A DNA stretch of 57,342 nt, counting the filler, from an uncultured virus (IMG/VR IMGVR_UViG_2049941000_000905) (taxonomy: Duplodnaviria; Heunggongvirae; Uroviricota; Caudoviricetes). It is 30 parts of one record of this genome, joined end to end, with 100 filler letters (N's around TTAATTAATTAA, not from the genome) between each part and the next. Parts side by side here need not be neighbours in the genome. Positions count along the whole stretch, not along the records: positions 53,677 to 56,775 come from IMGVR_UViG_2049941000_000905; positions 56,876 to 57,342 come from IMGVR_UViG_2049941000_000905; 28 more parts are not named here. One strand, written 5' to 3'. This document shows, one piece after another, positions 54,391 to 57,342 of the stretch (its first letter is position 1; every line of letters starts with the position of its first letter). The notes under the pieces were generated by a model that was given only the letters and a program-made list of their open reading frames with translations, was not told the DNA's origin and did no database searches. A program made the position numbers and the translations under genes.

Positions 54391-55388
54391 NNNNNNNNNN
54401 NNNNNNNNNNNNNNNNNNNNNNNNNNNNNNNNNNNNNNNNNNNNNNNNNNNNNNNNNNNNNNNNNNNNNNNNNNNNNNNNNNNNNNNNNNNNNNNNNNNN
54501 NNNNNNNNNNNNNNNNNNNNNNNNNNNNNNNNNNNNNNNNNNNNNNNNNNNNNNNNNNNNNNNNNNNNNNNNNNNNNNNNNNNNNNNNNNNNNNNNNNNN
54601 NNNNNNNNNNNNNNNNNNNNNNNNNNNNNNNNNNNNNNNNNNNNNNNNNNNNNNNNNNNNNNNNNNNNNNNNNNNNNNNNNNNNNNNNNNNNNNNNNNNN
54701 NNNNNNNNNNNNNNNNNNNNNNNNNNNNNNNNNNNNNNNNNNNNNNNNNNNNNNNNNNNNNNNNNNNNNNNNNNNNNNNNNNNNNNNNNNNNNNNNNNNN
54801 NNNNNNNNNNNNNNNNNNNNNNNNNNNNNNNNNNNNNNNNNNNNNNNNNNNNNNNNNNNNNNNNNNNNNNNNNNNNNNNNNNNNNNNNNNNNNNNNNNNN
54901 NNNNNNNNNNNNNNNNNNNNNNNNNNNNNNNNNNNNNNNNNNNNNNNNNNNNNNNNNNNNNNNNNNNNNNNNNNNNNNNNNNNNNNNNNNNNNNNNNNNN
55001 NNNNNNNNNNNNNNNNNNNNNNNNNNNNNNNNNNNNNNNNNNNNNNNNNNNNNNNNNNNNNNNNNNNNNNNNNNNNNNNNNNNNNNNNNNNNNNNNNNNN
55101 NNNNNNNNNNNNNNNNNNNNNNNNNNNNNNNNNNNNNNNNNNNNNNNNNNNNNNNNNNNNNNNNNNNNNNNNNNNNNNNNNNNNNNNNNNNNNNNNNNNN
55201 NNNNNNNNNNNNNNNNNNNNNNNNNNNNNNNNNNNNNNNNNNNNNNNNNNNNNNNNNNNNNNNNNNNNNNNNNNNNNNNNNNNNNNNNNNNNNNNNNNNN
55301 NNNNNNNNNNNNNTGCACCTGTGCGCCTTCTGGCCGACGCGGGAGATCGCCTCCGCCGCGCTGAACGGCAATCCGGGGGCAGTCTGAT

Positions 55389-55690
55389 TCACTCGCAGGC
55401 GATATAGACGTCCATGTCGTCTCCGGCGGTCTCGAAGCACGGAATCACGCCGGTCTCGGTGCGCGTGAGGCCGTTGACCCGCATGAACGAATCGAGCGTC
55501 CGGTACGCGCCGGGGATCGTGACAAAGGGATTCTCGAAAGGCCGATCGATGTGGATCGCCGCGTATTTGTGCGTCGGCTGCTCCCGGATCGGCAGGCCCT
55601 CCGGCGCGAGCCCTTCCGGCAAAATCCACGCCGCCGTGTAGCCGTGCATGTGGTGGACGCTGATCTGTTCGGCGGACAGGCCCGGGAAGT
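55389..55690 (-). CDS. GyrI-like effector domain, C-terminal part (probably AraC regulator)
   Basis: YAAIHI..PF..PF..IPGAY...YI pattern. Confidence 0.6.
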
Positions 55691-55897
55691 NNNNNNNNNN
55701 NNNNNNNNNNNNNNCATTTCCTGACCCACGCACATCGCACGCAGGGATCCGTCGCTTTCTCCCGGATATCAAATCAAAAAGGCACGCTTGAGGTGCCTTT
55801 TCGTTGTTTTCGGCAAGATCGGTTGAATTCCCCGCTTTTTTCTGGTATAATGGAAGCAGGATGGCTTAATCGGTAACGAAGAAAATCGGAGGCAATC

Positions 55898-56086
55898 ATG
55901 GCAGAGGAATTCCTGACCCTGATGGCGGATCTCGACGAAGAATCGCAGGCCCGGATGGCCGGGTGGTACGCCGCGCTTCGGGAAGCGGGCTTCCGAGGCA
56001 CCCAGACCCCGGGACTTCCCTACCACATCAGTCTGGCAACCTTCCCCCTCGACGGGGAGCGGGAAGCCGTCTGCCTGATGCAGAAG
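55898..56086 (+). CDS. 2H-phosphoesterase-like protein N-terminus
   Basis: PYHISL (HxS/T) motif; GGAGG RBS; upstream TTGAAT-17-TATAAT. Confidence 0.55.
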
Positions 56087-56456
56087 NNNNNNNNNNNNNN
56101 NNNNNNNNNNNNNNNNNNNNNNNNNNNNNNNNNNNNNNNNNNNNNNNNNNNNNNNNNNNNNNNNNNNNNNNNNNNNACCACCCCCCTGACGAAGGAGCCC
56201 TCATACCGACCCCACCGCTCTTTCTAACACTTTTTCTAACAAAATTCGCTGAATATTAGAAAACCTCCGCAAACCCAATGCCCTCACTGTTCCAGAAAAG
56301 TTTTTCGGCTTGATATGCGGAAACCCTTGTATTTATTCACTTTTCTCCTTCTGCCATCTTCTGTGAACTTCCGTCACCGTCTGCCAAAATCCGGCATTTT
56401 CCGATACCGGACACGACCTTGAAANNNNNNNNNNAGCATTTTTCACTGACTGTATC

Positions 56457-56775
56457 ATGATCAAACTGCATTACGGAAACACAAACACCTTCCTGTTCCC
56501 CGGCAGGGACGGGTTTCTCCTGCTCGACACCGGGTATGCCGGAGAACTGAACGCTTTCTACAAGGCGATCAAGGCAAAGGGCGTACAGGTGAAGGACATT
56601 GCCTTCGTCCTCGCCACACATTACCACCCTGACCACATCGGGCTGATCCCGGACCTCATGGAGCAGGGCGTGCGTCTTCTTCTCACGGACACGCAGACAG
56701 ATGCTGTCCACAATTACGACGGCATCTTTGCGCGGGAGCCGAAGCTGAACTGGCGGCCGATCCGGGACAGCGCAG
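56457..56775 (+). CDS. MBL-fold metallo-hydrolase, truncated
   Basis: LLDTG, THYHPDHIG. Confidence 0.88.
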
Positions 56776-56875
56776 NNNNNNNNNNNNNNNNNNNNNNNNN
56801 NNNNNNNNNNNNNNNNNNNTTAATTAATTAANNNNNNNNNNNNNNNNNNNNNNNNNNNNNNNNNNNNNNNNNNNN

Positions 56876-57342
56876 ATCGTCTTCTCCGCCCTTCTCCCAA
56901 TCGCTAAAAAAGACGTCGTCCGGGGAAAATTCCTCTTCGTCTGCTTTATCGAATGCTGCGCGCTGATTCTGATGGCTGCCTCCATGATCGTCCGGATGAC
57001 TGCCCTTGCGGAATCGGACGTCTATCGGACAAACGCGCTGATGAACGCCAATCCGTTTGCGCTCGGCGTCGCGTCCCTTTTGTTCGGGCTCTTCAACCTG
57101 ATCTTCGTCGGCGGATTCTTCAAGACGGCCTACCGGTTCGCGCGTCCGTTCGTGACCTACCTCATCGTCGGTTTTCTCGTGATCGCGGCCGCGGAAGCAC
57201 TGCACCATTTCCCCGGCCTCGACTGCCTGAACGCCTTCGGCACGGATCGCCTCGGGCTGCAGATGCTCCTCCTCGCCGCCGGGGGTGCGCTGTATCTCTG
57301 CATGACGGTCCTCGCGTGCCGCAAAGCCTGCCGCGACTTTGA
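56876..57342 (+). CDS. ABC-2 type permease, C-terminal part
   Basis: IVFSALLPIAKKDVVRGKF motif and several TM helices in a frame not given in the ORF track. Confidence 0.65.
   Translation, partial: MVFSALLPIAKKDVVRGKFLFVCFIECCALILMAASMIVRMTALAESDVYRTNALMNANPFALGVASLLFGLFNLIFVGGFFKTAYRFARPFVTYLIVGFLVIAAAEALHHFPGLDCLNAFGTDRLGLQMLLLAAGGALYLCMTVLACRKACRDF

Overview
This window is not one continuous locus. It is a concatenation of dozens of short fragments separated by N-TTAATTAATTAA-N linkers (stops in all six frames) and short N joins. Near-identical allelic copies of several genes and three clearly different copies of one 23S rRNA segment suggest pooled sequence from more than one strain or species of a moderately GC-rich Clostridia-class bacterium. 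Contents: (1) housekeeping fragments (HtrA, MFS/ABC transporters, GH13/GH31, GDPD, AraC/MarR/XRE regulators, radical SAM, S-layer protein, Trk, tRNAs, rRNA pieces); (2) IS66 and IS3 remnants; (3) a type II-like CRISPR array (36-nt repeat, 14 complete spacers, no cas genes visible); (4) about 25 kb of fragments from a siphovirus-type (pro)phage. Most notable: three spacers match the phage in the same window. One is a perfect 30/30 match followed by TAAAAC; the others are 25/29 and 23/30. The phage also carries an oppositely oriented island of small genes with a very acidic 91-aa protein, a twister ribozyme directly after its stop codon, two RHH-like paralogs, a GP88-like protein, a C5 methyltransferase and a tyrosine recombinase. 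This island is a candidate ribozyme-processed anti-defence (possibly anti-CRISPR) module. Physical linkage across N gaps is unproven throughout.
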